Notes under the pieces: generated by a model | Database searches by the model: none | The model's input: only the letters and a program-made list of their open reading frames with translations | Told to the model about the DNA's origin: nothing | Assembly (NCBI GenBank): GCA_947450765.1 | Contig: CANFXC010000002.1 | Coordinates: 21,094 to 85,093, forward strand | DNA: 64,000 nucleotides | Direction of reading: 5' to 3' | Source: Comamonadaceae bacterium | GTDB taxonomy: Bacteria > Pseudomonadota > Gammaproteobacteria > Burkholderiales > Burkholderiaceae_C | Position numbers and translations under genes: made by a program | Part shown: positions 1 to 11,854 of the stretch, piece by piece | Layout: each line of letters begins with the position of its first letter | Position numbering within the stretch: position 1 is the first letter of the stretch

Positions 1-756
1 CTCCGTGGCGAAGGTTTGCAACTGCGCAAACTGATCGCGCGAATCAACACGGATGCTTTGCGTGGCTTCAGAGACCACATCGCGCAAAACGCGCTGCAGC
101 AAATTGAGATCTTGGTGCAAGACCGAGGTCGGTGGCAAGCGCATGGAGGCATCTTTGATACGGGCCCATGTCTTGCGCAAGTACGCGATGTCTTCTCCGA
201 GTTCAGCGTCACTCGCATCTTCGCCATTGGTGCGCAAAATAAAACCGCCACCCGCCTCGCCAGCAAGGGCTTGCAAACGTAGACGCAACTCTTCACGTTG
301 CTTGGGCGGTATTTTTTGCGACACGCCAATGTGCCGGTCTTGCGGCAAAAACACCAGCAAACGCCCAGCAATGCTGACCTGCGCCGTCAAGCGAGCTCCC
401 TTGGTGCCGATCGGGTCTTTGAGGACTTGCACCATGATGGCTCGCCCCTCAAACAGCTGCTTCTCAATCGGCAAAGGCGGTGCGGCTTCGGCCTTGCCAG
501 GCTCAGCTTCAGCGTGGCGACTGTTGATGCTGCTCATCAAATCAGCCACATGCAAAAAGGCGGTACGGTCTAGCCCGATGTCAATAAAAGCCGACTGCAT
601 GCCCGGCAGCACGCGCATCACCTTGCCGAGGTAGACGTTGCCGACCAAGCCGCGCTCAAGGGCGCGCTCGACGTGGAGTTCTTGCACTGCGCCGTTTTCG
701 ACCACGGCGACACGGGTTTCCTGGGGTGACCAATTGATCAGGATTTCCTGTGACAT
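1..756 (-). CDS. rng: Ribonuclease G (Rne/Rng family), runs off the left edge
   Basis: Manual minus-strand translation from ATG 756: MSQEILINWSPQETRVAVVENG...GNVYLGKVMRVLPGMQSAFIDIG...KDPIGTKGARLT. Follows maf. Confidence 0.93.
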   Translation of the reverse strand, partial: MSQEILINWSPQETRVAVVENGAVQELHVERALERGLVGNVYLGKVMRVLPGMQSAFIDIGLDRTAFLHVADLMSSINSRHAEAEPGKAEAAPPLPIEKQLFEGRAIMVQVLKDPIGTKGARLTAQVSIAGRLLVFLPQDRHIGVSQKIPPKQREELRLRLQALAGEAGGGFILRTNGEDASDAELGEDIAYLRKTWARIKDASMRLPPTSVLHQDLNLLQRVLRDVVSEATQSIRVDSRDQFAQLQTFATE

Positions 757-771
757 GGGGCGATCCTTGTG

Positions 772-1374
772 TCAGATCTTCACGCCAGCGGCGCGTAAGA
801 GCAATGAAGTTTCATGCAGAGGCAAACCCATGATGCCCGAATAACTGCCGTTGATGCGGGTGATGTGAACCGCCGCCCTGCCCTGCACCGCGTAAGCGCC
901 GGCTTTGCCCATGGGCTCACCAGAGGCAACGTAAGCTTTGATTTGGGCCCGCGTCATCTCAGCAAAGGTGACGTTTGAAATACTCAAAGCCTCGGCCATC
1001 TTTTTACCGTACTGCACAGCCACCGCGGTCAGCACGCGGTGCGTCGCGCCCGACAACAACGTCAACATGCGGATCGCATCGGCGTCGTTCTCTGGCTTGC
1101 CCAAAATGGTTCGACCCAAGGCGACGGTGGTGTCTGAACACAGGACAGGCGCAGCCGGCAAACCTTGCCGCTGCATGCGCGCCACAGCCGCTTGCAACTT
1201 GAGCCGGGTGACGCGCTGGACGTAACTCGCCGGTGCTTCAGACCCGTGCACCACTTCCAGCGCTTCGGCGTCTTCTGTCGGGTCCGGCAACAGCCGCTTG
1301 AAAGCCAAACCCAGTTGCTCCAGCAACTGCGCCCGACGCGGGCTTTGGGACGCTAGGTAAATGAAATCAGACAT
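772..1374 (-). CDS. maf: Maf family nucleoside triphosphate pyrophosphatase (YhdE-like)
   Basis: IYLASQSPRR, SDTTV, ILGKP, GKAGAYAVQG, YSGIMGLP motifs. Start taken at ATG 1374. Confidence 0.92.
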   Translation of the reverse strand: MSDFIYLASQSPRRAQLLEQLGLAFKRLLPDPTEDAEALEVVHGSEAPASYVQRVTRLKLQAAVARMQRQGLPAAPVLCSDTTVALGRTILGKPENDADAIRMLTLLSGATHRVLTAVAVQYGKKMAEALSISNVTFAEMTRAQIKAYVASGEPMGKAGAYAVQGRAAVHITRINGSYSGIMGLPLHETSLLLRAAGVKI

Positions 1375-1376
1375 GG

Positions 1377-1844
1377 CTACTCTCGGTGATACGGATGGTT
1401 CACCGTGATGCTCCAAGCGCGGTATAGCTGCTCAATCAGCAGCACGCGCACCATGGCGTGTGGCAGTGTCAGGTCAGACAGGCGAATGCGTTCATGGGCG
1501 GCTTGTTTGAAACCAGGGTCCAACCCATCAGGGCCGCCGATGACGATGGCAACGTCATCGCCCTCGCGCTGCCAATGCCGAAGTTTGTCGGCCAACGCGA
1601 CGGTGGTGATGTTGGTGCCGCGTTCGTCCAGGGCGACGATACGCATGCCTTTTGGAATCGCCGCTTCAATCCGCGTGCGCTCTGCAGCAAGCAAGTTCTC
1701 AAGCGTTTTGGATGCGCGGGCTTCGGTCTTGACCGCCTTCAGCTCGACTTTGAGTTCAGGCGGGAAGCGCTTGGCGTAGTCGTCGTAGGCGGTCTGCGCC
1801 CAGTCGGGCACCCGTTGCCCGACTGCGACGATCTGCAGCCTCAT
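1377..1844 (-). CDS. rlmH: 23S rRNA pseudouridine-1915 N3-methyltransferase
   Basis: [36 protein letters not shown]-terminus. Confidence 0.96.
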   Translation of the reverse strand: MRLQIVAVGQRVPDWAQTAYDDYAKRFPPELKVELKAVKTEARASKTLENLLAAERTRIEAAIPKGMRIVALDERGTNITTVALADKLRHWQREGDDVAIVIGGPDGLDPGFKQAAHERIRLSDLTLPHAMVRVLLIEQLYRAWSITVNHPYHRE

Positions 1845-2722
1845 GCGCTCCGGGGAGTTTTCTTGGCCGCGACCTTCTTAGCAGGCACTTTCTTGGCCAC
1901 GACCTTCTTGGCAGCTACTGGCTTAGCGGCGACTTTGGGCGCTACCGGCTTTTTCAGAGCAGCCGTTTTGGCAGCCAAGCTTTTTGGCGCGGCCCTTTTG
2001 GCTGGTGCTGCTTTCACCGGTGCGGCGGCAACCGACTTGACCACTGGTTTGGCGCGCGGCTTGGCAGTGGCCTTCGGCGGTGCCGTGTTGGTAACGATGG
2101 CTTTGACCGCCGCCTTCACGGACGGCTTAGGAGCCGCCTTGGCTGCGCCGCGCTTGGCGGGTGCTTTCTTGGCGGCTGTTTTGGCACTGACAGGTGCTGG
2201 CTCACCACTGACGCGGCCAGCTTTTCTAGCGGCGTTACGCGCCACGGTGCGAGCGGCTGTACGGCCGCTAGGCGCTTGCGCGACGACGGCTGCGGCTTCA
2301 GCGGCAGCCAAAGCGGCAGCGCGAGACGCTTTGACCAACGGTGCGACAGCGCCAAGTTTGAGCTTGACGGGCTTGTCGCCCCACAGCTCTTCGAGGTGGT
2401 AGTACTGGCGAATGGTGGGCTGCATGATGTGCGCCACAGCAGCGCCGCAATCGACGATGATCCACTCGCCGTTTTGCTCGCCTTCAATGCGGGGTTTGCC
2501 AAAACCAGCCTCACGCACAGCATCGCGCACGCTGGCGGCCAGTGCCTTGGTTTGGCGATTCGAGGTGCCCGAAGCGACGATGACACGCTCAAACAAAGAC
2601 GTGATGTGCTCCGTGTCGAACACCTGGATGTCCTGCGCCTTCACATCCTCCAAGCCATCAACAATGGCTCGCTGCAGTTTTTGGATGTCTTTTTTGTCGG
2701 CGCTGTGGGTGTTGTCGGTCAT
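1841..2722 (-). CDS. rsfS: Ribosome silencing factor RsfS with long Lys/Ala/Pro-rich C-terminal extension
   Basis: [31 protein letters not shown]...VAHIM...[10 protein letters not shown], then ~170 aa of basic low-complexity tail. nadD-rsfS-rlmH synteny. Confidence 0.93.
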   Translation of the reverse strand: MTDNTHSADKKDIQKLQRAIVDGLEDVKAQDIQVFDTEHITSLFERVIVASGTSNRQTKALAASVRDAVREAGFGKPRIEGEQNGEWIIVDCGAAVAHIMQPTIRQYYHLEELWGDKPVKLKLGAVAPLVKASRAAALAAAEAAAVVAQAPSGRTAARTVARNAARKAGRVSGEPAPVSAKTAAKKAPAKRGAAKAAPKPSVKAAVKAIVTNTAPPKATAKPRAKPVVKSVAAAPVKAAPAKRAAPKSLAAKTAALKKPVAPKVAAKPVAAKKVVAKKVPAKKVAAKKTPRSA

Positions 2723-2732
2723 GCGGTGGTGC

Positions 2733-3365
2733 TCAAAGAGAGGTTGGTTGGGCTTGGTACAGCCCATGGAGTGAAATATAACGCGCTACTGCGTCCGGAA
2801 CCAGTCCGGCGAGATCTGGCTGCGAGATATTGGGGGAGCCGGTGTGAGTGGCAATTAGCTGGCGAATCGCCGTTGCGCTGACAGTCATGGGAGGCAGTTG
2901 CAGGTGAATGCTCTGCCGCAAAGCGGGCACTAGCGCCAGCACATCGGCTGGCGCGCTGGCCTGCAGCGGGCGTTCAGCTACACAAACTGTAGCCCGCGAG
3001 AGTATATCCTGCCACCGGTGCCACCGCGTGAAGGCCACCAGCTGGTCGCCACCGATGAGCAAAAAGAACTCGGCATTAGGCTCTTCAGCCTGCAGCGCTT
3101 CCAGTGTGTCGATGGTGTAGCTGTGTCCTTCGCGCTTGATTTCACGCGTATCGACGCTGACGCGGTCAAGGCCGCTGAAGGCCAGCTGCGCCATCTTCAG
3201 CCGATGCTCAGCGGCACTCAAGGGCCGGTCTTTGTGCCAGGCGTAGCCGGTCGGGATGATTTTGAGTTCGTCCAGCTTTAATTGGTCAATGGCCGTTTGA
3301 GCCAGCGCTAAATGCGCGCAATGCGGTGGGTCAAAGGCGCCGCCAAAAACACCGATACGCTTCAA
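2733..3365 (-). CDS. nadD: Nicotinate-nucleotide adenylyltransferase
   Basis: [33 protein letters not shown]. Confidence 0.94.
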   Translation of the reverse strand: MKRIGVFGGAFDPPHCAHLALAQTAIDQLKLDELKIIPTGYAWHKDRPLSAAEHRLKMAQLAFSGLDRVSVDTREIKREGHSYTIDTLEALQAEEPNAEFFLLIGGDQLVAFTRWHRWQDILSRATVCVAERPLQASAPADVLALVPALRQSIHLQLPPMTVSATAIRQLIATHTGSPNISQPDLAGLVPDAVARYISLHGLYQAQPTSL

Positions 3366-4327
3366 ACCCAGGCCCTTCGGACCAAGAAGTCACGGGTCAA
3401 AGCCGCTTCTGGCGACTCTGGCGGATCTTCGCGCCGATACGACCAACTCGTCAGCGGCGGCATCGACATCAAAATTGATTCGGTGCGCCCGCCTGATTGC
3501 AAACCGAAATGCGTGCCGCGGTCCCAGACCAAATTGAACTCAACGTATCGGCCGCGCCGATAGAGCTGAAACTCGCGTTCAGTTGGCCCATAAGGCGTGT
3601 CCATGCGGCGCTCAACGATGGGCAGGTACGCTGTCAAGAAAGCATTCGCCACGCTCTGCATCATGGCAAAACTGCCCTCCATGCCAAGCTCCTGAAAGTC
3701 GTCAAAAAACACGCCGCCAATGCCGCGCTGTTCTTGCCGGTGCTTCAAGTAAAAATACTCGTCGCACCAAGTTTTGAAACGCGGGTATTTGTCTTCACCA
3801 AACGGCGTCAGCGCGTCCTTGCAAACCTGATGGAAATGCACCGCGTCTTCTTCAAAAGCGTAGAACGGTGTGAGGTCCATGCCGCCGCCAAACCAAACGG
3901 CTGGCACGCCCGACGCAGGCGTAGCAGTGAGCATGCGAACATTCATGTGCACGGTCGGCACATACGGGTTGCGTGGATGAAAAACCAGCGACACGCCCAT
4001 GGCCTCAAACGGTGCGCCCGCCAACTCGGGCCGGTGCTGCGTGGCAGACGGCGGCAGACTAGCACCGCGCACATGCGAGAAACCGCAACCGGCGCGCTCA
4101 AACACCCTGCCCTGCTCCAAAATTTGCGTAACGCCGTTGCCCTGCAAGGCTTCGCCCGGTGCTTTTTCCCACGCGTCAGAAACGAAGCTGTGGCCGTCGA
4201 GTGCGGCCACAGCCGATGTGATGCGCTGCTGCAAGCCAAGCAAAAAATCACGGCCAACAACGCTGTCAATGTGCCCTGATGTGTGATTGGCGACAGCCGT
4301 TTTATCTGAAGAAAAGTTAAACGTCAT
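3362..4327 (-). CDS. hemF: Oxygen-dependent coproporphyrinogen III oxidase
   Basis: [57 protein letters not shown]. Confidence 0.97.
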   Translation of the reverse strand: MTFNFSSDKTAVANHTSGHIDSVVGRDFLLGLQQRITSAVAALDGHSFVSDAWEKAPGEALQGNGVTQILEQGRVFERAGCGFSHVRGASLPPSATQHRPELAGAPFEAMGVSLVFHPRNPYVPTVHMNVRMLTATPASGVPAVWFGGGMDLTPFYAFEEDAVHFHQVCKDALTPFGEDKYPRFKTWCDEYFYLKHRQEQRGIGGVFFDDFQELGMEGSFAMMQSVANAFLTAYLPIVERRMDTPYGPTEREFQLYRRGRYVEFNLVWDRGTHFGLQSGGRTESILMSMPPLTSWSYRREDPPESPEAALTRDFLVRRAWV

Positions 4328-4339
4328 GTCTCGGTTGTA

Positions 4340-5647
4340 TTAGGACTTGATGGCCCGGTAGCCAATGTCTTTGCGGTACTGAGCGCCGTCGAAATGAATC
4401 TTGGAGGCCAGATCGTAAGCATGCTTTTGAGCTTCTTTGACGGTGGTTCCAAGAGCCGTGACGCACAAGACACGGCCGCCTGAAGTCAGTGCCTCACCTT
4501 TGGATGCGGGCACCGTAACTGCATGAAACACCATGACGTCGGCTTCCTGCATTTTCTCCAACGATGGCACACCGGTGATCAAGTCGCCCTTGCGCGGATT
4601 GAGCGGGTAGCCTTCTGCAGCCATGACCACGCCCAACGCAGGTCGGGTGTCCCACTCCAGCTCAACTTGGTCCAGCTGACCGGACGTTGCGGCCATCATG
4701 ACGTCGTACAAATCTGACTTCAGGCGCATCATGATCGGCTGCGTTTCCGGATCGCCCATGCGGCAATTGAACTCCAGCGTTTTGGGGTGACCTTCAGCGT
4801 CAATCATCAGCCCGGCATACAAAAACCCGGTGAACACAATGCCGTCTTGCTCCATGCCTTTGATGGTCGGCATGATGATCTCGCGCATGGCGCGGGCATG
4901 GATCTGCGGCGTCACCACGGGTGCGGGCGAGTAAGCGCCCATGCCGCCGGTGTTGGGGCCGGCGTCACCGTCGAGCAGACGCTTGTGGTCTTGGCTGGTC
5001 GCCAGTGGCGTGACGTTCTTGCCGTCACACATGACGATGAAACTGGCTTCCTCGCCCTGCAAAAATTCTTCGATCACCACGCGTGCGCCGCCTTCGTTGT
5101 GCGTCACGCCGAGCGGGTTGAAGTTGGCGTCGGGTGCGAGCATGAAGTCAATTGCCTCGTGCGCCTCTTGCAACGACATCGCCACCACCACGCCTTTACC
5201 GGCGGCTAAGCCATCGGCTTTGACAACGATGGGCGCACCCTTTTTGTCGATGTACGCATGCGCGGCCACTGGGTCTGAGAAGGTTTCGTACTCGGCGGTC
5301 GGAATGCCGTGGCGCTTCATGAAGGCCTTGGAAAAAGCCTTCGAGCTTTCGAGTTGCGCGGCAGCTTGGGTCGGGCCAAAAACACGCAAGCCGTGGGCGC
5401 GAAAGTCATCCACGATGCCAGCGGCCAGTGGCTGTTCGGGGCCAACCACCGTCAAGACGATTTTTTCAGCCAAGGCCCATTCGCGCAGCGCCTTGATGTC
5501 AGTGATGGGGATATTTTCTAGACGTAAATCCAGCGCTGTTCCGCCATTGCCAGGCGCCACATACACCGCTTGCAACTTGGGGGACTGCGCCAGCTTCCAA
5601 GCCAACGCGTGTTCACGGCCACCGCCGCCAACGACCAATACTTTCAT
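4340..5647 (-). CDS. purD: Phosphoribosylamine-glycine ligase
   Basis: GGGGREHALAW, KADGLAAGKGV, QDHKR, GPNTGGMGAYSP, EFNCRMGDPETQ. Confidence 0.97.
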   Translation of the reverse strand: MKVLVVGGGGREHALAWKLAQSPKLQAVYVAPGNGGTALDLRLENIPITDIKALREWALAEKIVLTVVGPEQPLAAGIVDDFRAHGLRVFGPTQAAAQLESSKAFSKAFMKRHGIPTAEYETFSDPVAAHAYIDKKGAPIVVKADGLAAGKGVVVAMSLQEAHEAIDFMLAPDANFNPLGVTHNEGGARVVIEEFLQGEEASFIVMCDGKNVTPLATSQDHKRLLDGDAGPNTGGMGAYSPAPVVTPQIHARAMREIIMPTIKGMEQDGIVFTGFLYAGLMIDAEGHPKTLEFNCRMGDPETQPIMMRLKSDLYDVMMAATSGQLDQVELEWDTRPALGVVMAAEGYPLNPRKGDLITGVPSLEKMQEADVMVFHAVTVPASKGEALTSGGRVLCVTALGTTVKEAQKHAYDLASKIHFDGAQYRKDIGYRAIKS

Positions 5648-5696
5648 GAGACTACTTTCATGCTGGAGCTTTCATTTTTGTTAATTTTTAAAGCGT

Positions 5697-6422
5697 TCAA
5701 AGCGACAAGGCCGCGTTGTGAAAGACGGCTTGGGTGTCGTCCAAGTCTTCCAGAATGTCGAGCAGCTTTTGCATTTTCAGCGCATCGTCGCCGCTCAGCT
5801 CAATTGTGTTTTCGGCGCGCATGGTGACTTCAGCCACCTCGGCCGTCAAACCCGCGGCCTCAAGAGCGTTTTTGATCTTTTCGAAATCGGTGTACGGTGT
5901 CAGCACTTCAATGGCGCCGTCGTCATCGGTGATGACATCGTCTGCGCCGGCGTCCAGCGCCAGCTCCATGACTTTGTCTTCGCTCACCCCGGGCGCGAAA
6001 ATCAACTGCCCGCAATGCTTGAACTGGAAAGCCACCGAGCCTTCAGTACCCATGTTGCCGCCGTGCTTTGAAAATGCATGCCGCACTTCAGCCACGGTAC
6101 GCACCTTGTTGTCGGTCATGCAGTCGACGATGATGGCCGCGCCGCCAATGCCGTAGCCTTCGTAGCGGACTTCCTCGTAGTGCACACCTTCGAGGCTACC
6201 CGTGGCCTTCGCGATGCCGTACTTGACGTTTTCGCCCGGCATATTGGCGGCCTTGGCCTTGTCAACGGCCAGCCGCAGACGTGGGTTGGTGCCCAAGTCA
6301 CCACCGCCCATGCGGGCTGCGACCATGATTTCACGCATCACACGGGTCCAGACGCGCTGACGCTTTTCATCCTGGCGACCCTTGCGGTGTTGAATATTCG
6401 CCCATTTACTGTGTCCGGCCAC
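5697..6422 (-). CDS. yebC: YebC/PmpR family protein
   Basis: [24 protein letters not shown] motifs. GTG start. Confidence 0.95.
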   Translation of the reverse strand: MAGHSKWANIQHRKGRQDEKRQRVWTRVMREIMVAARMGGGDLGTNPRLRLAVDKAKAANMPGENVKYGIAKATGSLEGVHYEEVRYEGYGIGGAAIIVDCMTDNKVRTVAEVRHAFSKHGGNMGTEGSVAFQFKHCGQLIFAPGVSEDKVMELALDAGADDVITDDDGAIEVLTPYTDFEKIKNALEAAGLTAEVAEVTMRAENTIELSGDDALKMQKLLDILEDLDDTQAVFHNAALSL

Positions 6423-6538
6423 GAAGAATCCCTCTGAAATGGATGAATTGATTTAATCTAGCGCTGCATTTTACTTTTCGCCTGACGCACCGCTCAAACA
6501 CAACAGCATTTCAGCCGAAACACCGGAAAACCCACTTG

Positions 6539-7219
6539 ATGAACATACCCCTCTCCCCAGCCCTGAGCCCAGCATCCAGCAGCAAACCCAGCGCCCCAGT
6601 GACGCTGATTGACCATCCACTGGTGCAGCACAAGCTCAGCTTGATGCGCAGCAAAGACGCCAGCACCAGCACTTTTCGCACCCTGCTGAATGAGCTCAGC
6701 ATGTTGATGGCCTACGAGATCACCCGCGACATGCCGATGCAAACGGTTGAGATTGAAACCCCACTGGAGACCATGCAGGCCAAGGTCATCGACGGCAAGA
6801 AGCTGGTTTTTGTGTCGATCTTGCGAGCTGGCAACGGTATTTTGGAAGGCATGCTGAGCGTGGTGCCGAGTGCCCGCGTTGGGCATATCGGCCTGTACCG
6901 AGACGCGGCCACGCTGGAGGCGGTGGAGTACTACTTCAAGATGCCGCAAGACATGCAAGAAAGGGGCGTCATCGTGGTGGACCCGATGCTGGCCACCGGC
7001 AACTCAGCCATTGCAGCCATAGCCCGACTGAAAAAACTGAATCCTAAATCCATCAAGTTTGTTTGCCTGCTGACTTGCCCTGAAGGCATTGCGGCACTGC
7101 AGGCAGCGCACCCGGATGTGCCGATTTTCACCGCCGCCATCGACCGTCAGCTGAATGACCACGGTTACATCCTGCCAGGGTTGGGTGATGCGGGCGACCG
7201 TATTTTTGGGACCCGCTAG
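6539..7219 (+). CDS. upp: Uracil phosphoribosyltransferase
   Basis: [40 protein letters not shown]. Confidence 0.96.
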   Translation: MNIPLSPALSPASSSKPSAPVTLIDHPLVQHKLSLMRSKDASTSTFRTLLNELSMLMAYEITRDMPMQTVEIETPLETMQAKVIDGKKLVFVSILRAGNGILEGMLSVVPSARVGHIGLYRDAATLEAVEYYFKMPQDMQERGVIVVDPMLATGNSAIAAIARLKKLNPKSIKFVCLLTCPEGIAALQAAHPDVPIFTAAIDRQLNDHGYILPGLGDAGDRIFGTR

Positions 7220-7347
7220 TTCAAATTTTCTGACCCAGTGTCACAGTCTTGTTGCGCTAGATCAGACTTTTAAACGACTGATTCTGGGAAAATAGCCCAT
7301 TCCACTAACTGACACCGTCGCCCTCGCTTGGCATCACTGAATTCGAT

Positions 7348-8331
7348 ATGTCTGACTTTCTCACCGCCGCACTGTATAAATTTGTCGACCTGCCCGACTT
7401 CGCCGATTTGCAAGCGCCGTTGCAGGCCTTTTGCGAGTCACATGACGTCAAGGGCACGCTGCTGCTGGCGGCTGAAGGCATCAACGGCACCATCGCTGGC
7501 CCTGAGGCTGGCGTGCGCGCAGTGTTGGCGCATTTGCGGGCTGACCCGCGCTTGGCCGCGCTGGAGCACAAAGAAGCCCACAGCGACAAAGCCCCGTTTT
7601 ACCGGATGAAGGTTCGCCTCAAACAAGAAATCGTGACGATGGGCGTGGAAGGCATCAACCCGAATCGCATGGCCGGCCAGTACGTCAAGCCACAAGACTG
7701 GAACGCCCTCATCAGCGACCCCGACGTGGTGCTGATCGACACCCGCAATGATTACGAAGTCTCCATTGGCACCTTTGAAGGTGCGATCAACCCCGCCACC
7801 ACCAGTTTTTCAGAACTACCGGATTGGGTGCGCCGTGAAATGGGACCTGAAGGACGGCTGCAAGACCGTGGCGGAAAAAAACCCAAGGTCGCTATGTTTT
7901 GCACGGGCGGCATTCGTTGCGAGAAGTCCACTGCGTTCATGCGCACCCAAGGCTTTGATGAGGTTTACCACCTCGAAGGCGGCATTCTCAAGTACTTGGA
8001 AACCGTGCCTGAAGCGCAGAGCAGCTGGCGCGGCGAGTGCTTTGTTTTTGACGAACGCGTCTCGGTCGATCACGCTCTGCAACCGGGCCACTTCGCGCTG
8101 TGCCGCTCCTGCCGCGACCCGGTGAGCGCCGAAGACAAACTCTCGCCGCTGTATGTCGAGGGCGTGAGTTGCCCCGGCTGTCACGACAAAACCACCGAAG
8201 CGCAAAAAGAAGGCTTTCGGGAACGCCAACGTCAAATCGCTTTTGCACAACAACGCAATGAACGGCACATCGGCATCAAACGTGGCTTGGCGGCCAAGCA
8301 GGCAGAAGCCACGGAAAAGACAAGCCTCTGA
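7348..8331 (+). CDS. trhO: Rhodanese-domain tRNA uridine(34) hydroxylase TrhO/YceA
   Basis: [44 protein letters not shown]. Confidence 0.9.
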   Translation: MSDFLTAALYKFVDLPDFADLQAPLQAFCESHDVKGTLLLAAEGINGTIAGPEAGVRAVLAHLRADPRLAALEHKEAHSDKAPFYRMKVRLKQEIVTMGVEGINPNRMAGQYVKPQDWNALISDPDVVLIDTRNDYEVSIGTFEGAINPATTSFSELPDWVRREMGPEGRLQDRGGKKPKVAMFCTGGIRCEKSTAFMRTQGFDEVYHLEGGILKYLETVPEAQSSWRGECFVFDERVSVDHALQPGHFALCRSCRDPVSAEDKLSPLYVEGVSCPGCHDKTTEAQKEGFRERQRQIAFAQQRNERHIGIKRGLAAKQAEATEKTSL

Positions 8332-8333
8332 CC

Positions 8334-9020
8334 ATGCAAGGCACGCTGCCGGTCTTGTATTCATTTCGCCGCTGCCCTTATGCCATGCGAGCGCGGCTGG
8401 CACTGGCCATCAGCGGCCAAACCTGCGAGTTGCGCGAGGTGGTACTCAAAGCCAAGCCTGCAGAGTTGCTCAGCGCATCAGCCAAAGCCTCTGTGCCAGT
8501 GCTCGTGCTGCCAAGCGGCGAAGTGATCGACCAAAGTCTGGACATCATGAACTGGGCCTTGCAGCTCAACGATCCGGCGCAATGGCTGACTTCAAGTTCT
8601 GAGCAGGTGGCGCAAGTGCAATCGCTCATCGACGACTGCGACAAAACCTTCAAGCACCACTTGGACAGGTATAAATATCCGGGACGTTATGAAGGCGTCA
8701 ATGCCCTAGAGCACCGCGCTGCCGCTGGCGCTTGGTTAAGCCAACTGGACCAGCAACTGACACCCGAAGGCTGGTTGTTTGGCCCTGCCGCCGCACTGGC
8801 CGACATGGCCATCGCGCCCTTTGTGCGGCAATTTGCGCAGACCGATTCGCTCTGGTTTGAACAGCAAGACTGGCCGGCGCTTCAAGCGTGGCTGAAGCGC
8901 ATTGTCTCAAGCGCGCTGTTTGAAAGCGTCATGCACAAATACCCCGCGTGGGAAAGCGGAACAATGGGGCCTATTTTTCCCGGGCCGGTGTTTTCTGCAC
9001 CTGTGCTTGCGTCACCATGA
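8334..9020 (+). CDS. Glutathione S-transferase family protein
   Basis: LYSFRRCPYAMRAR, VPVL, QSLDI, ADMAIAPFVRQF. Confidence 0.85.
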   Translation: MQGTLPVLYSFRRCPYAMRARLALAISGQTCELREVVLKAKPAELLSASAKASVPVLVLPSGEVIDQSLDIMNWALQLNDPAQWLTSSSEQVAQVQSLIDDCDKTFKHHLDRYKYPGRYEGVNALEHRAAAGAWLSQLDQQLTPEGWLFGPAAALADMAIAPFVRQFAQTDSLWFEQQDWPALQAWLKRIVSSALFESVMHKYPAWESGTMGPIFPGPVFSAPVLASP

Positions 9021-9056
9021 AAAAAGCCCGCTGAAGCGAACTTCAGCGAGCTTTTT
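9020..9056. terminator. Bidirectional intrinsic terminator
   Basis: AAAAAGCCCGCTGAAG-CGAA-CTTCAGCGAGCTTTTT between the convergent GST gene and clpA. Confidence 0.8.
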
Positions 9057-9072
9057 CTAGAGCGCAGCTTGA

Positions 9073-11409
9073 TCAGTCAGCCGTCGCCGCTTGCGGCTCT
9101 GGCTTGGCTTTGCCTTCTTTCTTTGGCAGCGGCTGGATGTCCAGCTTGACCTCGCCGGTTTCAACGCCTTTGTCGTCTTTGGTGACGATCATGTCAACCG
9201 TCAGGCGACCACCGTCGACCAAGCGGCCGAACAGCAATTCGTCGGCCAGAGCACGACGGATCGTGTCCTGAATCAGCCGCTGCATCGGGCGTGCGCCCAT
9301 CAGTGGGTCAAAGCCTTTGCGGCCCAAGTACTGGCGCAAAGCGTCGGTGAAGGTGACTTCGACTTTCTTTTCTGCCAGCTGAGTTTCCAGTTGCAGCAAG
9401 AACTTGTCCACCACCCGCAAGATGACCGACTCGTCCAGCGCCTTGAAACTCACGGTGGCATCCAGACGGTTGCGGAACTCCGGCGTGAACAAGCGCTTGA
9501 TGTCAGCCATTTCGTCACCCGCTTCACGCGGATTGGTGAAGCCGATGGTCGCCTTGTTCATGGTCTCGGCACCCGCATTCGTCGTCATGATGATGATGAC
9601 GTTGCGAAAATCTGCCTTGCGCCCGTTGTTGTCTGTCAGCGTGCCGTGGTCCATGACCTGCAACAACACGTTGAAGATGTCTGGGTGGGCTTTTTCGATC
9701 TCGTCGAGCAGCAGCACGCAATGCGGCTTCTTGGTCACCGCTTCGGTCAACAAACCACCTTGGTCAAAACCAACATAGCCCGGCGGCGCACCGATCAGGC
9801 GGCTGACGGCGTGACGCTCCATGTACTCCGACATGTCAAAGCGAATCAGGTCGATGCCCATGATGTAGGCCAGCTGCTTGGCAGCTTCTGTTTTGCCGAC
9901 GCCCGTGGGGCCGGAGAACAGGAACGAGCCAATCGGCTTGTCGCCCTTGCCCAGACCCGAACGCGCCATCTTGACGGCTGACGCCAGCACATCAATGGCT
10001 TTGTCTTGGCCGAAGACCACGCTTTTCAGGTCACGCTCAAGGACTTTGAGTTTGCCTCGGTCGTCGTTGGAAACATTCGCGGGCGGGATGCGCGCGATCT
10101 TGGCAACGATTTCTTCAACCTCGGTTTTGGTGATGGTTTTCTTGCGCTTCGAAGGCGGCAAAATCCGCTGAGCCGCACCGGCTTCATCGATCACGTCAAT
10201 CGCCTTGTCGGGCAAATGACGGTCGTTGATGTACTTGGCGCTGAGCTCTGCCGCCGCCTGCAGTGCAGCCACGGCGTACTTGACGCCATGGTGCTCTTCA
10301 AAGCGAGATTTGAGACCTTTCAAGATCTCAACGGTTTCTTGCACCGTCGGCTCGACCACATCAACCTTCTGGAAGCGACGTGACAGGGCCGCGTCTTTCT
10401 CGAAAATACCGCGGTATTCGGTGAAGGTGGTAGCACCGATGCACTTGAGCTGACCCGAGCTGAGCGCAGGCTTGAGCAAGTTCGACGCATCCAAGGTGCC
10501 GCCCGAAGCCGCACCGGCACCGATCAAGGTGTGGATTTCGTCGATGAACAAAATGCCGTTCGGCTTGTCTTTGAGCGCTTTCAAGACGCCTTTCAGGCGC
10601 TGCTCGAAATCACCTCGGTATTTGGTGCCGGCCAGCAAAGCGCCCATGTCGAGCGAGTAAACCTGCGCTTCGGCCAGGATTTCTGGCACTTCTTTTTGCG
10701 TGATGCGCCAAGCCAAGCCCTCGGCAATCGCCGTCTTGCCAACGCCGGCTTCACCCACCAGCAAGGGGTTGTTTTTGCGTCGGCGGCAAAGAATCTGAAT
10801 GACCCGCTCGACCTCGTACTCACGGCCAATCAGCGGATCAATCTTGCCTTCTTTGGCGAGCTGGTTCAGGTTCTGGGTGAACTGCTCCAGCGGCGAAGCC
10901 TTCTCAGACTTCTCGGCAGTTTCTTCGGTTTCAGCCGCGCCCTCACCGGCCTTGGTCGGCTCAGGCGGGTCGCTCTTTTTGATACCGTGCGCGATGAAAT
11001 TCACCACATCCAAGCGGGTAACGCCCTGCTGGTGGAGGTAATAAACAGCGTGCGAGTCTTTTTCACCAAAGATAGCCACCAACACGTTGGCACCGGTGAC
11101 TTCCTTCTTGCCGTTGCCGGTGGACTGCACATGCATGATGGCGCGCTGAATGACGCGCTGAAAACCCAGCGTCGGCTGGGTGTCAACGTCGTCAGTACCT
11201 GCGACCTGCGGTGTGTTGTCCTTGATGAAATTACTCAAGGCCTTGCGCAAGTCATCCACATTGGCCGAGCACGCACGCAACACTTCGGCGGCACTTGGGT
11301 TGTCCAGCAACGCCAGCAAGAGGTGTTCCACGGTGATGAACTCGTGGCGCTGTTGCCGGGCCTCGACGAAGGCCATATGCAAGCTAACTTCTAATTCCTG
11401 GGCAATCAT
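9073..11409 (-). CDS. clpA: ATP-dependent Clp protease ATP-binding subunit ClpA
   Basis: Two AAA modules ([16 protein letters not shown]), no middle coiled coil, IGF loop, downstream of clpS. Confidence 0.97.
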   Translation of the reverse strand: MIAQELEVSLHMAFVEARQQRHEFITVEHLLLALLDNPSAAEVLRACSANVDDLRKALSNFIKDNTPQVAGTDDVDTQPTLGFQRVIQRAIMHVQSTGNGKKEVTGANVLVAIFGEKDSHAVYYLHQQGVTRLDVVNFIAHGIKKSDPPEPTKAGEGAAETEETAEKSEKASPLEQFTQNLNQLAKEGKIDPLIGREYEVERVIQILCRRRKNNPLLVGEAGVGKTAIAEGLAWRITQKEVPEILAEAQVYSLDMGALLAGTKYRGDFEQRLKGVLKALKDKPNGILFIDEIHTLIGAGAASGGTLDASNLLKPALSSGQLKCIGATTFTEYRGIFEKDAALSRRFQKVDVVEPTVQETVEILKGLKSRFEEHHGVKYAVAALQAAAELSAKYINDRHLPDKAIDVIDEAGAAQRILPPSKRKKTITKTEVEEIVAKIARIPPANVSNDDRGKLKVLERDLKSVVFGQDKAIDVLASAVKMARSGLGKGDKPIGSFLFSGPTGVGKTEAAKQLAYIMGIDLIRFDMSEYMERHAVSRLIGAPPGYVGFDQGGLLTEAVTKKPHCVLLLDEIEKAHPDIFNVLLQVMDHGTLTDNNGRKADFRNVIIIMTTNAGAETMNKATIGFTNPREAGDEMADIKRLFTPEFRNRLDATVSFKALDESVILRVVDKFLLQLETQLAEKKVEVTFTDALRQYLGRKGFDPLMGARPMQRLIQDTIRRALADELLFGRLVDGGRLTVDMIVTKDDKGVETGEVKLDIQPLPKKEGKAKPEPQAATAD

Positions 11410-11473
11410 TGATTTTCCTTTCGGCTAGCGACACAAAATATAAAAACTATTGAAGAGCAGATGGGGGCAGTTT

Positions 11474-11854
11474 TCACAATTCAACAGGCTCGCTGACACA
11501 TTGCAAGGGATGACCGTTTCGACGGGCGGCTTCCGTGACCTGATCAACCTTGCTCGCCGCGACATCTTTGGAGAATACGCCGCAGACGCCTTTGCCGTCC
11601 AAATGAATTTTCAGCATGATCTGGGTCGCGGCTTCTCGGTCTTTATTGAAGAACTCTTGAATCACCACCACCACAAACTCCATCGGGGTGTAGTCATCGT
11701 TCAGCAGCACCACTTGGTACATTTGCGGAGGCATGACCTTCTGGGTGCGCCGCTCAAGCACAAGAGAACCACCGCCCTGGCCATCTTCAGGTTTGTTGGG
11801 CGTGGAAACGGGCGCCTTCGGCGGCGCGGGGACTTTAGGGGATTTCGTAGCCAT
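11474..11854 (-). CDS. clpS: ClpAP adaptor ClpS
   Basis: [30 protein letters not shown]. Start at 11854 or 11863. Confidence 0.95.
   Translation of the reverse strand: MATKSPKVPAPPKAPVSTPNKPEDGQGGGSLVLERRTQKVMPPQMYQVVLLNDDYTPMEFVVVVIQEFFNKDREAATQIMLKIHLDGKGVCGVFSKDVAASKVDQVTEAARRNGHPLQCVSEPVEL

Noticed and set aside
1458-2402. 314-aa plus-strand ORF with FLAAT-type repeats
   Set aside because: Antisense shadow of rlmH and the Lys/Ala-rich rsfS tail. The repeats are the reverse complement of AKK codons.
9091-11394. Long plus-strand ORFs opposite clpA (similar ones lie opposite clpB, hom, alaA, hrpA and the cys genes)
   Set aside because: Expected stop-poor antisense frames in GC-rich coding DNA, with no recognisable motifs.
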